Shown one piece after another: positions 7,359 through 14,444 of a stretch of DNA of 24,000 bases (position 1 is its first letter; every line of letters begins with the position of its first letter). This stretch comes from Chloroflexota bacterium (GTDB lineage: Bacteria; Chloroflexota; Dehalococcoidia; SZUA-161): positions 3,603 through 27,602 of the forward strand of contig VGNW01000004.1 in NCBI GenBank assembly GCA_016865955.1, in the 5' to 3' direction. Below the pieces are notes generated by a model. That model saw nothing but the letters and a program-made list of their open reading frames with translations, ran no database searches and had not been told where the DNA came from. The translations under genes were made by a program, and so were the position numbers.

Positions 7359-8861
7359 TTAACTCACAGCGGGTATCGAGGAAAATATCTTACTCGCCGC
7401 TATAGGAACAAATACCAATGCTGCGCCCGATAGGCTCAGGGTTACGCCCAGATAGACGAAAAGCTTGAATCTGTTGCCGCCGTCAGCAGCCTTGATAGCA
7501 AAGGCATTAGCGCCAGCCATGACCAGGATGACAGGTAATACAAGGGTGCCGAGTATGTGGACGTTCTCAAAACTGAAGCCAAAAACATCCAGCACCCCCG
7601 AAGGGGCACCTTCAACTGCCTGCGTATAGACGCCTTCGACTGTTTTCGAGAAGATATTTAATACCTGTACCACAAATAACAGTAAGGCAACAAGGGCAGC
7701 GTGCATTCCCAGCACCAGCAGTACGAATGACGAAGATACCTGCCCTCTCTTGGCACGGAGAAAATCCAGACTCATCGCAATCAAAGAAGAGCGACCCCCG
7801 ACCTCCTCGGGGTCGCCTCCCAGCCTAGTGGCATCATGGAACATCTTCACGCTCCGGTATATCGTTTCGCTCCCCGTCTCCACTGAAAAGCGCTGCCAGC
7901 AAAGCTCGGGCCTGAGTCTCGAAATCAGTCTGCTGCGCAGACGCTTCACATCGCCGGATAGATTTGCCGTTGATCTGAGGTCCAGCCTGTCCAATGCGTT
8001 AGATACCGTAATCCCGATCGCAGAGGCAACATTGCCCAGCGACCTCAAAAATGTGCTGATATCCGTATCCTTCTTGGTGACCTGGCGGTCGAAGATGAGG
8101 CCGGCTACGCCAACAGGGAGCATTAATACCCCCGCTACCATAAGCCCCCATCCCAGCCCCGCTCCTATTAGCACTAAAACAAAGAAAGCGGCTACAGCTA
8201 TGGGAAGCAAAATGCCCGCAAGCTGACGCGCCCTGCGGTGAGCAGGACAGTACAAAGACTGGTTATGAACCCGCACCTCCTTGGGCGAGACCCTGTAAAT
8301 AGCCCACGCCCCCAGAATCGAAACCATTATAGTTACTCCTACCAGAGCTACAGTAATACCTATGGCTACAGGGTATATAAGCATAGAGATAGCAGCCACC
8401 ATGACAATCAAGGCTGCCGAAACAATAAGGGCGGCGTATGCCTCCGTCCACTTCCTCAGCGATTCCACCCCGCGTTCGTACTCGTTCTTGAACGCCTCAG
8501 CCTGGATTTTCGCTTCCTGCGCCAGGAATTCAGATTCGGGTTCACCGGAGCCCAGCGAGCTGGACAGGCGCAGCAAAAGACTTTTCACCGATTCCTCTTT
8601 TGCCGATTCTCCTACAATGCGACATGCCACAGCGTAGTCATATCGCATCTGCTTGCACAGCAGATTGATTTCGGCGAAATAACGTGATGAACTGCACGGC
8701 AGTTGAGCGGCAAACTCGAATATCTGGCTGCGCGGCAGCCCTGCAGCAGCTATAGAGGACATATACGATAGCTGGTAGAACAGGTCATATCCCAGGTAAT
8801 CGCCATTAATATTAGAAGATTCTTTCCTGCTGCGCTTTGGCCAGAACTTTGAGAAGTTCAT
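7359..8861 (-). CDS. arlJ: Archaellum membrane platform protein ArlJ (FlaJ; T2SS-F-like polytopic protein)
   Basis: The N-terminus DLFYQLSYMSSIAAAGLPRSQIFEFAA is typical of FlaJ. Two cytoplasmic T2SF-like domains are each followed by TM clusters. The gene sits immediately after arlI. ATG 8861 (AAGGAG 12 nt upstream) overlaps the arlI 3' end by 50 nt. Confidence 0.85.
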   Translation of the reverse strand: MNFSKFWPKRSRKESSNINGDYLGYDLFYQLSYMSSIAAAGLPRSQIFEFAAQLPCSSSRYFAEINLLCKQMRYDYAVACRIVGESAKEESVKSLLLRLSSSLGSGEPESEFLAQEAKIQAEAFKNEYERGVESLRKWTEAYAALIVSAALIVMVAAISMLIYPVAIGITVALVGVTIMVSILGAWAIYRVSPKEVRVHNQSLYCPAHRRARQLAGILLPIAVAAFFVLVLIGAGLGWGLMVAGVLMLPVGVAGLIFDRQVTKKDTDISTFLRSLGNVASAIGITVSNALDRLDLRSTANLSGDVKRLRSRLISRLRPELCWQRFSVETGSETIYRSVKMFHDATRLGGDPEEVGGRSSLIAMSLDFLRAKRGQVSSSFVLLVLGMHAALVALLLFVVQVLNIFSKTVEGVYTQAVEGAPSGVLDVFGFSFENVHILGTLVLPVILVMAGANAFAIKAADGGNRFKLFVYLGVTLSLSGAALVFVPIAASKIFSSIPAVS

Positions 8862-10563
8862 AAAAATCGCGCACTCCTTTTTCCTTATGCAGTTTTTCCA
8901 GAATCCTTGCCCTGCGCTCCACCAAGCTGTAAATCTGCCATTTCTTGTCCGGAGGATAGCCTCGTTTGATGGCTATCTTGTCCTCCAGTAAATAGCTGTT
9001 CCTTCTGCCCACGAACTCAAAGGTATCTGTTGCAGGGTTCCAGCGAAACACCTCTACATAGGAGAAGATATTTGATACCGGGTCATAACCGACTATTTCA
9101 CTGATGCTCGTCGCCCTACGACCTGCCTTCCCGTTAGGCAGCTTCACAGCGTTCTGGCATACCACTACATTCAAATTGTCCATGTATGTCTTCGGGACAT
9201 TAATTGGATGGCCCGTAAGTCGCTGAATCAGCTTCTCCACATTCGAGGCATGGAACGTGCTCATCACCTCATGGCCGGTCTGCATGGCGCCAAAGGCGAT
9301 ATTGCCCTCCTCGCCTCTAATCTCACCGACGATTATCACGTTGGGGCGCTGTCTCAGGGCAGCCTTCAACAGGTCGAACATGGTTACCTGAGCCCCCTTC
9401 TCCCCCTGCCCCGGTGCTCTGGACACCTCACGCAGCCAGTTGCCATGAGGCACCTGAAGCTCCGGCGTGTCTTCAATACTGACAATCTTGTGGCTCAGCG
9501 GTATAAACGTGGTGATGGCATTCAACAGCGTGGTTTTACCTGAGGCAGTTTCACCGACCACAAACAGGTTCATGCCGTCCTCTATTACAACGGAAAGATA
9601 AGCCGCCATCTCATAACTTATGCTGCCGAACTCGACGAGTTCCAGAATGCTCAGCGGCGTATCGGAGAATTTCCTGATGGTGAAGTTGCTGCCGCGCCGG
9701 GAGACCTCTCTGCCGAAGACTATGTTTATACGAGAGCCGTCGGGAAGCGTGGCGTCGACTATAGGATTACGCAGCGTGACCGGCCTTTTTATCTGCTCGG
9801 ACAATCGGAGCACGAAATCGTCCAGGTCGTCGTGCGTCTCAAAGGTTATCGCCGACCTGAGACCTTTGAAAATCTTGTGCTCCAGAAATATGGGGCCCAG
9901 CCCGCTGCAACTGATGTCCTCTATATTAGGGTCACGAATCATCGTATCTATAGTACCCATGCCCACCTTATCTCTGATGACTACATATTTCAGGGCATCG
10001 AACTGCTCCGGGGTGACCTGTACCTTGGTTTTGTTGCTCTTGCCGTTGCTTTCGCCTCCTTTGGCAACTTTGACGCTGGACGATGATTGGCTGGTGCCGT
10101 TTTTCTGCACAATGCACACCTTATCCAGCATCTTCAGAATGGCTTCCTTCCTTTCCGCATCGGATTCCGCTTCTTTAAGGCTTCCCGCAACATCGACCAG
10201 CCCACTTTCCACCTCTGACAGCACCTTGGTCAAATCCATAGTCAGGCTCGGCTCAATCGGGATATAGTAGGGTCTTCCCCCTCCCGGCTCCGAATAAACA
10301 TGAATGAATAGATTTTCCGAAACGGGATAAATGATGTTTTTCTGTGGTAAATCTGACTGCGCCCGCGTGAGCTTGAGACAATACTGCGGTGCGCCGACCT
10401 TGTCGATAGGAATCATGCGTAAATAGTTCAGCAGATGCTTGCTTTGCTTGCAAGCCTCCTGCATGGGCTCGGGCAGCAATTTGAGGAGTTCCTCTTCAGC
10501 CATACTGGTCTGAGAGGACTCCCCTTCTCCCTGATTCAGAAAGGGCAGTACTATCTTGGGCAT
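8812..10563 (-). CDS. arlI: Archaellum motor ATPase ArlI (FlaI; type II/IV secretion ATPase superfamily)
   Basis: Motifs present: Walker A GETASGKTTLLNA, Asp box DATLPDGSRINIV, IEDTPEL, Walker B RQRPNVIIVGEIRGEE, His box TGHEVMSTFHA. The length and N-terminal domain are typical of FlaI rather than PilB/TadA. Confidence 0.93.
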   Translation of the reverse strand: MPKIVLPFLNQGEGESSQTSMAEEELLKLLPEPMQEACKQSKHLLNYLRMIPIDKVGAPQYCLKLTRAQSDLPQKNIIYPVSENLFIHVYSEPGGGRPYYIPIEPSLTMDLTKVLSEVESGLVDVAGSLKEAESDAERKEAILKMLDKVCIVQKNGTSQSSSSVKVAKGGESNGKSNKTKVQVTPEQFDALKYVVIRDKVGMGTIDTMIRDPNIEDISCSGLGPIFLEHKIFKGLRSAITFETHDDLDDFVLRLSEQIKRPVTLRNPIVDATLPDGSRINIVFGREVSRRGSNFTIRKFSDTPLSILELVEFGSISYEMAAYLSVVIEDGMNLFVVGETASGKTTLLNAITTFIPLSHKIVSIEDTPELQVPHGNWLREVSRAPGQGEKGAQVTMFDLLKAALRQRPNVIIVGEIRGEEGNIAFGAMQTGHEVMSTFHASNVEKLIQRLTGHPINVPKTYMDNLNVVVCQNAVKLPNGKAGRRATSISEIVGYDPVSNIFSYVEVFRWNPATDTFEFVGRRNSYLLEDKIAIKRGYPPDKKWQIYSLVERRARILEKLHKEKGVRDFYELLKVLAKAQQERIF

Positions 10564-10574
10564 GGCAATCCCTA

Positions 10575-11285
10575 CTAAGCTCTAGCCTTGGAATAGGGTA
10601 TAACTCTGATACCCCAGTTCGGTTCGACATCGAAAGAAATGATATTGCCCGTGTTCATCTCAGCACCGCGTACCTTAGCCACCTCAAGTATCTTCATCAT
10701 CTTGCTTCCCATAGTTTCGATGCGCAGTCTGAGATGGGCGTCGCACATCGACCCCAGTCTGACCATAACGTTCTCGTCAAAGGCATAGGAGTGGGCTACG
10801 CAAATGACCCCCATCCCCCTGCCGGTAAGCGCTTTGCACTCCTCGAAGAAAGAGAGAACCTGTTCTATAGTGGCATGAGTCACATAGTACGTAAGGGAAT
10901 CTATCACTGCCAGGTCTACGCCCTTGCCGGCACAACTGGTCAGCAGAGGCAGCAGCCCTGTATGCAGGCACCGCCTCGTCTTCTTGGTATCGATAGGGTA
11001 TATCCACAGTTTAGAAAGGAGAAAATAGTCCGTTATATCCAGATTAAGGCTCTGCATCTGAGTGACAAAGCTCTTCACCGTATTCTCCGTGGTGAAGACA
11101 ACAGCACTGCACCCTTTCTTAAGAGAACCCCAGAGCATCTGCTGTGTAAGTACGGATTTGCCCGAATCCGGTTGTCCTTCTACCAGACTCAGCGTGCCCA
11201 GCGGTATGCCGCCGCCTATCTTCTTGTCCAGCTCATCGTTGCCGGTAGATATTATCTTGAAATCATTGCCTGCGCCTGTCTTCAT
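10575..11285 (-). CDS. arlH: Archaellum KaiC/RecA-like ATP-binding protein ArlH (FlaH)
   Basis: LDKKIGGGIPLGTLSLVEGQPDSGKSVLTQQ is a KaiC-like Walker A context. DLAVIDSL is Walker B-like. The size is about 236 aa. The gene lies directly upstream of arlI. SD AGGAGG precedes ATG 11285. Confidence 0.85.
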   Translation of the reverse strand: MKTGAGNDFKIISTGNDELDKKIGGGIPLGTLSLVEGQPDSGKSVLTQQMLWGSLKKGCSAVVFTTENTVKSFVTQMQSLNLDITDYFLLSKLWIYPIDTKKTRRCLHTGLLPLLTSCAGKGVDLAVIDSLTYYVTHATIEQVLSFFEECKALTGRGMGVICVAHSYAFDENVMVRLGSMCDAHLRLRIETMGSKMMKILEVAKVRGAEMNTGNIISFDVEPNWGIRVIPYSKARA

Positions 11286-11303
11286 CTTAATCCTCCTGAC
11301 CTT

Positions 11304-11828
11304 CTAGCCTTGAAATTGCGCCGATGTATTTACACCGTTAAAAGTCGAAATCGATACCAGATTCGTAGTCCCGTTGCCCGTCTGCGGAGACAGTTTGAGC
11401 TTGAGCTGCGCTACCTCCCCCTGATTCAATATGCCGGGCTCGTAGACTTCGCCCTGAGTCATGCCCTGGTCGGAATATATCGTGTTTACCGTCCATTCGT
11501 TATCTCCCGGATCGCTGTTGTCCGTATGTGCAAGTCTCCTTATGTAATAGTCACCGTTTGCATCGTAATACTGCACCAGCACATCCCAGTCAGCGAACTG
11601 GGCAAGACGCACCTCGCCGCTGTTATGAACTGCAACTTCAACATTGGCTCCCTGTTTTTGTGCGTCCAGTATTGAGATATCGGTCCTGTTGACCTCCTGA
11701 GTTGTCTGCGCCATCTGTTTCAATGACTGCGACACAGAATCAAATGACGAGAAAGCGGCCTGTGACCAAGTCAAAGCCGCTATTATCATCAAAGCTATAA
11801 CAAATAGAGCGACTATTGCATTGCTCAT
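11304..11828 (-). CDS. arlG: Archaellum accessory protein, ArlG (FlaG)-like (assigned by position)
   Basis: A single N-terminal TM helix (IVALFVIALMIIAALTW) is followed by a beta-rich domain of about 140 aa, which is the ArlF/ArlG architecture. It is the second of two such genes between arlC/D/E and arlH. The F-versus-G assignment rests on euryarchaeal gene order only. Confidence 0.6.
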   Translation of the reverse strand: MSNAIVALFVIALMIIAALTWSQAAFSSFDSVSQSLKQMAQTTQEVNRTDISILDAQKQGANVEVAVHNSGEVRLAQFADWDVLVQYYDANGDYYIRRLAHTDNSDPGDNEWTVNTIYSDQGMTQGEVYEPGILNQGEVAQLKLKLSPQTGNGTTNLVSISTFNGVNTSAQFQG

Positions 11829-11833
11829 TGTTC

Positions 11834-12349
11834 CTACATACTGAAATAGTATTCGTCAGAGACCCCGTTGGGGATAAGGACCTTGATACGGTACTCCCCG
11901 GATGAAAGAGCGCTCTCATAGCTAATCTCAATCCTTGTGGTGGTCGCTATGCCCCACTCCGTGCCATTCTCTATTTCATAATCCCACTGGGGATATTCAC
12001 CAATGGCATAGTAGTTATGGGGAATCCACGCCCATACTGTCTGGTCGCCATTAAGGAAAACATCGCAGCGTTTGACATCTACTACCTCTTCAGTGCCTAT
12101 GTTCTTCACCCATACGAAAACATCGAAGTATCCGTTGGAATTCGTATCCTGCCAGACGCCGTTACTGTCCAGCTCTCCGGTGGCATGTATTATGTCAATC
12201 TGGCTCTTTATCCGCTCGTTCATCCGCGCCGAAACGCTGCTCAATGCCCCGCTTGAGCTGGTGATAGCCGGATACACAGCGTTAATCACCAGGGTCACGC
12301 AAATTACTGCTGCAACCACAAGCAAAATGGTGCTCAGCACCTTATCCAT
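11834..12349 (-). CDS. arlF: Archaellum accessory protein, ArlF (FlaF)-like (assigned by position)
   Basis: An N-terminal TM helix (LSTILLVVAAVICVTLVINAVY) is followed by a beta-rich, aromatic-rich domain (VWVKNIG...WAWIPHNYYAIGEYPQWDYEIENGTEWG). There is a 3-nt gap after the arlC/D/E-like gene and a 5-nt gap before arlG. Confidence 0.6.
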   Translation of the reverse strand: MDKVLSTILLVVAAVICVTLVINAVYPAITSSSGALSSVSARMNERIKSQIDIIHATGELDSNGVWQDTNSNGYFDVFVWVKNIGTEEVVDVKRCDVFLNGDQTVWAWIPHNYYAIGEYPQWDYEIENGTEWGIATTTRIEISYESALSSGEYRIKVLIPNGVSDEYYFSM

Positions 12350-12352
12350 CGT

Positions 12353-13000
12353 CTACCCGCCTTTTTTATAGAACTGACCTTTTTCAAGGAGCATTGACAG
12401 CACAACCGACTCAAGAGCGCCGGTTCGATAACGGAGAAGGCTATCGAGCTCAATCAGCAACTGCATGCTGACCGACGCCGGCACATCCTCAGATTCATCC
12501 CTGTCGCTATTGGCATACAAATCTGCAAGCAACAGAATTGCCTGCTTCAGACGTGGCGGCAGGTTGCCTGTTATATCGTAAATTTCAACCAGCTTGGTTA
12601 TCTGCTCTTTGCTTACGGTTGCGGCAGCCCGGGATAACCATTGTGACAACACAGATACCGTAAGCAAGTCCACCCGGCCCTCGCTGTCAGTTTTAGCGCC
12701 CGCGATACCGGTTTCAGGAACACGCCCCACATCGCGTGCTGAAGCCTCAATCTTCTCAGCAGCCGGGCTAACAGTCTCCGGAGCCTCCGGCTCAGCCGTT
12801 TTAGGAGCCCCGCGCACAACCTTGACCACATTATTCTCCGGCTGAGCAGATGAGGGAACAGTGTTCGCCCAGGGCGGAGCAGAGGACGCCTGTATACCAC
12901 CGGTGGCAAGTTGCTCCTTGATATCCAGGAGGACTGCCCTTATCTGATTCTTCAGCACCTTAAACTCTTCTTCCAGATTCTTAATTTTTTGCTCTTCCAT
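12353..13000 (-). CDS. ArlC/D/E (FlaC/D/E)-family archaellum motor-accessory protein
   Basis: It has an N-terminal coiled coil (EEQKIKNLEEEFKVLKNQIRAVLLDIKEQL, FlaC-like), then a P/A/E-rich linker. The C-terminal block DLLTVSVLSQWLSRAAATVSKEQITKLVEIYDITGNLPPRLKQAILLLADL resembles the conserved FlaD/E domain pattern (..a..kWlefL....G...l..vL.yYe.iGWi....). It occupies the euryarchaeal position between the archaellins and arlF. Confidence 0.65.
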   Translation of the reverse strand: MEEQKIKNLEEEFKVLKNQIRAVLLDIKEQLATGGIQASSAPPWANTVPSSAQPENNVVKVVRGAPKTAEPEAPETVSPAAEKIEASARDVGRVPETGIAGAKTDSEGRVDLLTVSVLSQWLSRAAATVSKEQITKLVEIYDITGNLPPRLKQAILLLADLYANSDRDESEDVPASVSMQLLIELDSLLRYRTGALESVVLSMLLEKGQFYKKGG

Positions 13001-13026
13001 GCTGCCACCCTCTTTAATTTACCATT

Positions 13027-13073
13027 GAGGTCGCTGACGGGGCGGGGGTCGCCGCCCCCTTGTCAGCGACCTC
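13027..13073 (-). promoter_or_regulatory. GC-rich intercistronic stem-loop between the archaellin genes and the accessory genes (attenuator / mRNA-stabiliser candidate)
   Basis: GAGGTCGCTGAC (13027-13038) pairs with GTCAGCGACCTC (13062-13073). GGGGCGG (13039-13045) pairs with CCGCCCC (13052-13058). That gives 19 bp, with a 3-nt bulge and a 6-nt loop. On the transcribed (minus) strand no U-tract follows it (AAUGGUAAAUUAAAG), so it is not a canonical intrinsic terminator. Confidence 0.5.
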
Positions 13074-13098
13074 TTAACATTTTTCGCCCACTCCTGTA

Positions 13099-13596
13099 CT
13101 AGTTAAGGTCCATTACAGCGTCGATCCTGGCAGGCAGAGTTCTTTCAATTACCAGAACTGCGCCCGTCGGAGGCTTCACTGAGATGGTGAAGGTGTCATA
13201 CGGGCCCGGCGGGGTGGTTAGCCCGGTCAGGTCAACCGTAATCACAGCCTGTTCGTCCATCTCCAGGAGATTGTCATCATTGTTCATGCCGATGAACTCT
13301 ATGCTCCAATCAATGTCTTCCTCATGCTGATTGGCATCGGTGTAGCTGATAATGGTGACATGGTCTCCGCTGGTCGGCGATAGGTCTATCTTCTGTCCCT
13401 TCAAAGCGTTGGTCAGGGTGAAGACTACCGCCGTTGCTTCCTCGGAGGTGGTGTTGCCGTCGGCGAACACACTCCCCTTGATTTCCATGGAAGCCCTTGC
13501 CTCTTGCAGTCCGGCGTGTATCGCTTCCTGCCCCTTCTGGGAAGAGAATATGCCTGCCGACAACACGGTGTAGGCAAACACAGAGGCTACGACCAC
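13099..13596 (-). CDS. arlB: Archaellin ArlB2 (FlaB paralog). The coordinates give the uninterrupted ORF; the homologous coding sequence continues up to ATG 13686 but is interrupted by an in-frame TAA at 13669-13671
   Basis: It is a paralog of arlB1 over its whole length (…VFAYTVLSAGIFSSQKGQEAIH…TFTISVKPPTGAVLVIERTLPARID). Upstream of GTG 13596 the same frame reads RRDERGITGLETAIILIAF, which is the class III signal-peptide cleavage region. Further upstream the frame reads SD AAGGAGG (13694-13700), ATG 13686, M-L-K-R-L, then TAA. See the findings. Confidence 0.8.
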   Translation of the reverse strand: MVVASVFAYTVLSAGIFSSQKGQEAIHAGLQEARASMEIKGSVFADGNTTSEEATAVVFTLTNALKGQKIDLSPTSGDHVTIISYTDANQHEEDIDWSIEFIGMNNDDNLLEMDEQAVITVDLTGLTTPPGPYDTFTISVKPPTGAVLVIERTLPARIDAVMDLN

Positions 13597-13750
13597 GAAC
13601 GCAATCAGGATGATCGCTGTCTCGAGGCCGGTGATGCCTCTCTCATCCCGGCGCAGGCTCTTGTATAATTATAATCTTTTAAGCATCTTGCTTCCTCCTT
13701 CTCATTTCTTCTTATTGTGTTTATTTGTTTCCGCACCCGTTACGCTGACT

Positions 13751-14359
13751 TTAGTACAGTATCATGTAGTCATCAAGCGCAGCAGGTGTGGTTCTCTCGA
13801 CAACAAGCGCGCTGCCGACGGGAGGCTTAACCTGTATTGTGAAGGTGTGATAGGCGTCCACAGTCTCCCCAACACCGGACAGGTCAACTGTTATCTCGAA
13901 CAGCTCGCCAGCCTCCAGTAGATCGTCACCGTCATCAAGACCCATCGGGCTCGCGGTCCAAGCCAGGTCATCCTGTCTTACATCCTCGCTGGAGTAAGAG
14001 ATAACAACAACGTTGGTGCTGCCATCATCGGCTATGCCATTGCTATCGCCATCGGTCGGTATCGTCAGGTCAATGGCTTCACCGTTCAGAGCGTTGGCCA
14101 CGCAGAACACAAGGTAGTCAACCTGTGTGGCATTACCCTGAGCTACCACATTGCCCTTCATCTCCAACGTCGACCTCGCCTGCTCCAGTCCGGAATGGAT
14201 TGCCTCCTGGCCCTTTTGAGACGAGAAGATACCTGCCGACAACACGGTGTAGGCAAATACCGAGGCTACGACCACGAAGGCAATTAGAATTATCGCCGTC
14301 TCCAGGCCGGTGATGCCTCTCTCATCCCTGCGCATCATCTTTGCAAGTCTTTTCAACAT
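13751..14359 (-). CDS. arlB: Archaellin ArlB1 (FlaB) with class III (type IV pilin-like) signal peptide
   Basis: I moved the start to ATG 14359, which has SD AAGGAGG upstream; the ORF-track start at 14428 adds a non-homologous extension. MLKRLAKMMRRDERG | ITGLETAIILIAFVVVASVFAYTVLSAGIFSSQKGQEAI is the archaellin N-terminus seen in TGLE-type archaellins, with Glu at +5. A beta-rich C-terminal domain follows. Confidence 0.88.
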   Translation of the reverse strand: MLKRLAKMMRRDERGITGLETAIILIAFVVVASVFAYTVLSAGIFSSQKGQEAIHSGLEQARSTLEMKGNVVAQGNATQVDYLVFCVANALNGEAIDLTIPTDGDSNGIADDGSTNVVVISYSSEDVRQDDLAWTASPMGLDDGDDLLEAGELFEITVDLSGVGETVDAYHTFTIQVKPPVGSALVVERTTPAALDDYMILY

Positions 14360-14444
14360 CCTTTCTTCCTCCTTACTCGATTTGGTGCCACTGTCTTTCT
14401 TTCTGGCCTGCTGTGGCTCCGCAGGCAATCGTAAAAGCCATAGG

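Noticed and set aside
10734-11675. 313-aa plus-strand ORF across the arlH/arlG region. Similar long antisense ORFs lie at 326-892, 953-1597, 3206-3631, 3979-4569, 5457-6077, 9620-10267, 17222-17773, 17900-18475, 20732-21280 and 21969-22520.
   Set aside because: Each lies antisense to, or in an alternative frame of, a CDS with strong motif support. The translations are low-complexity (R/L/P/H-rich) with no recognisable motifs or SD-linked starts. These are typical shadow ORFs in moderately GC-rich DNA.
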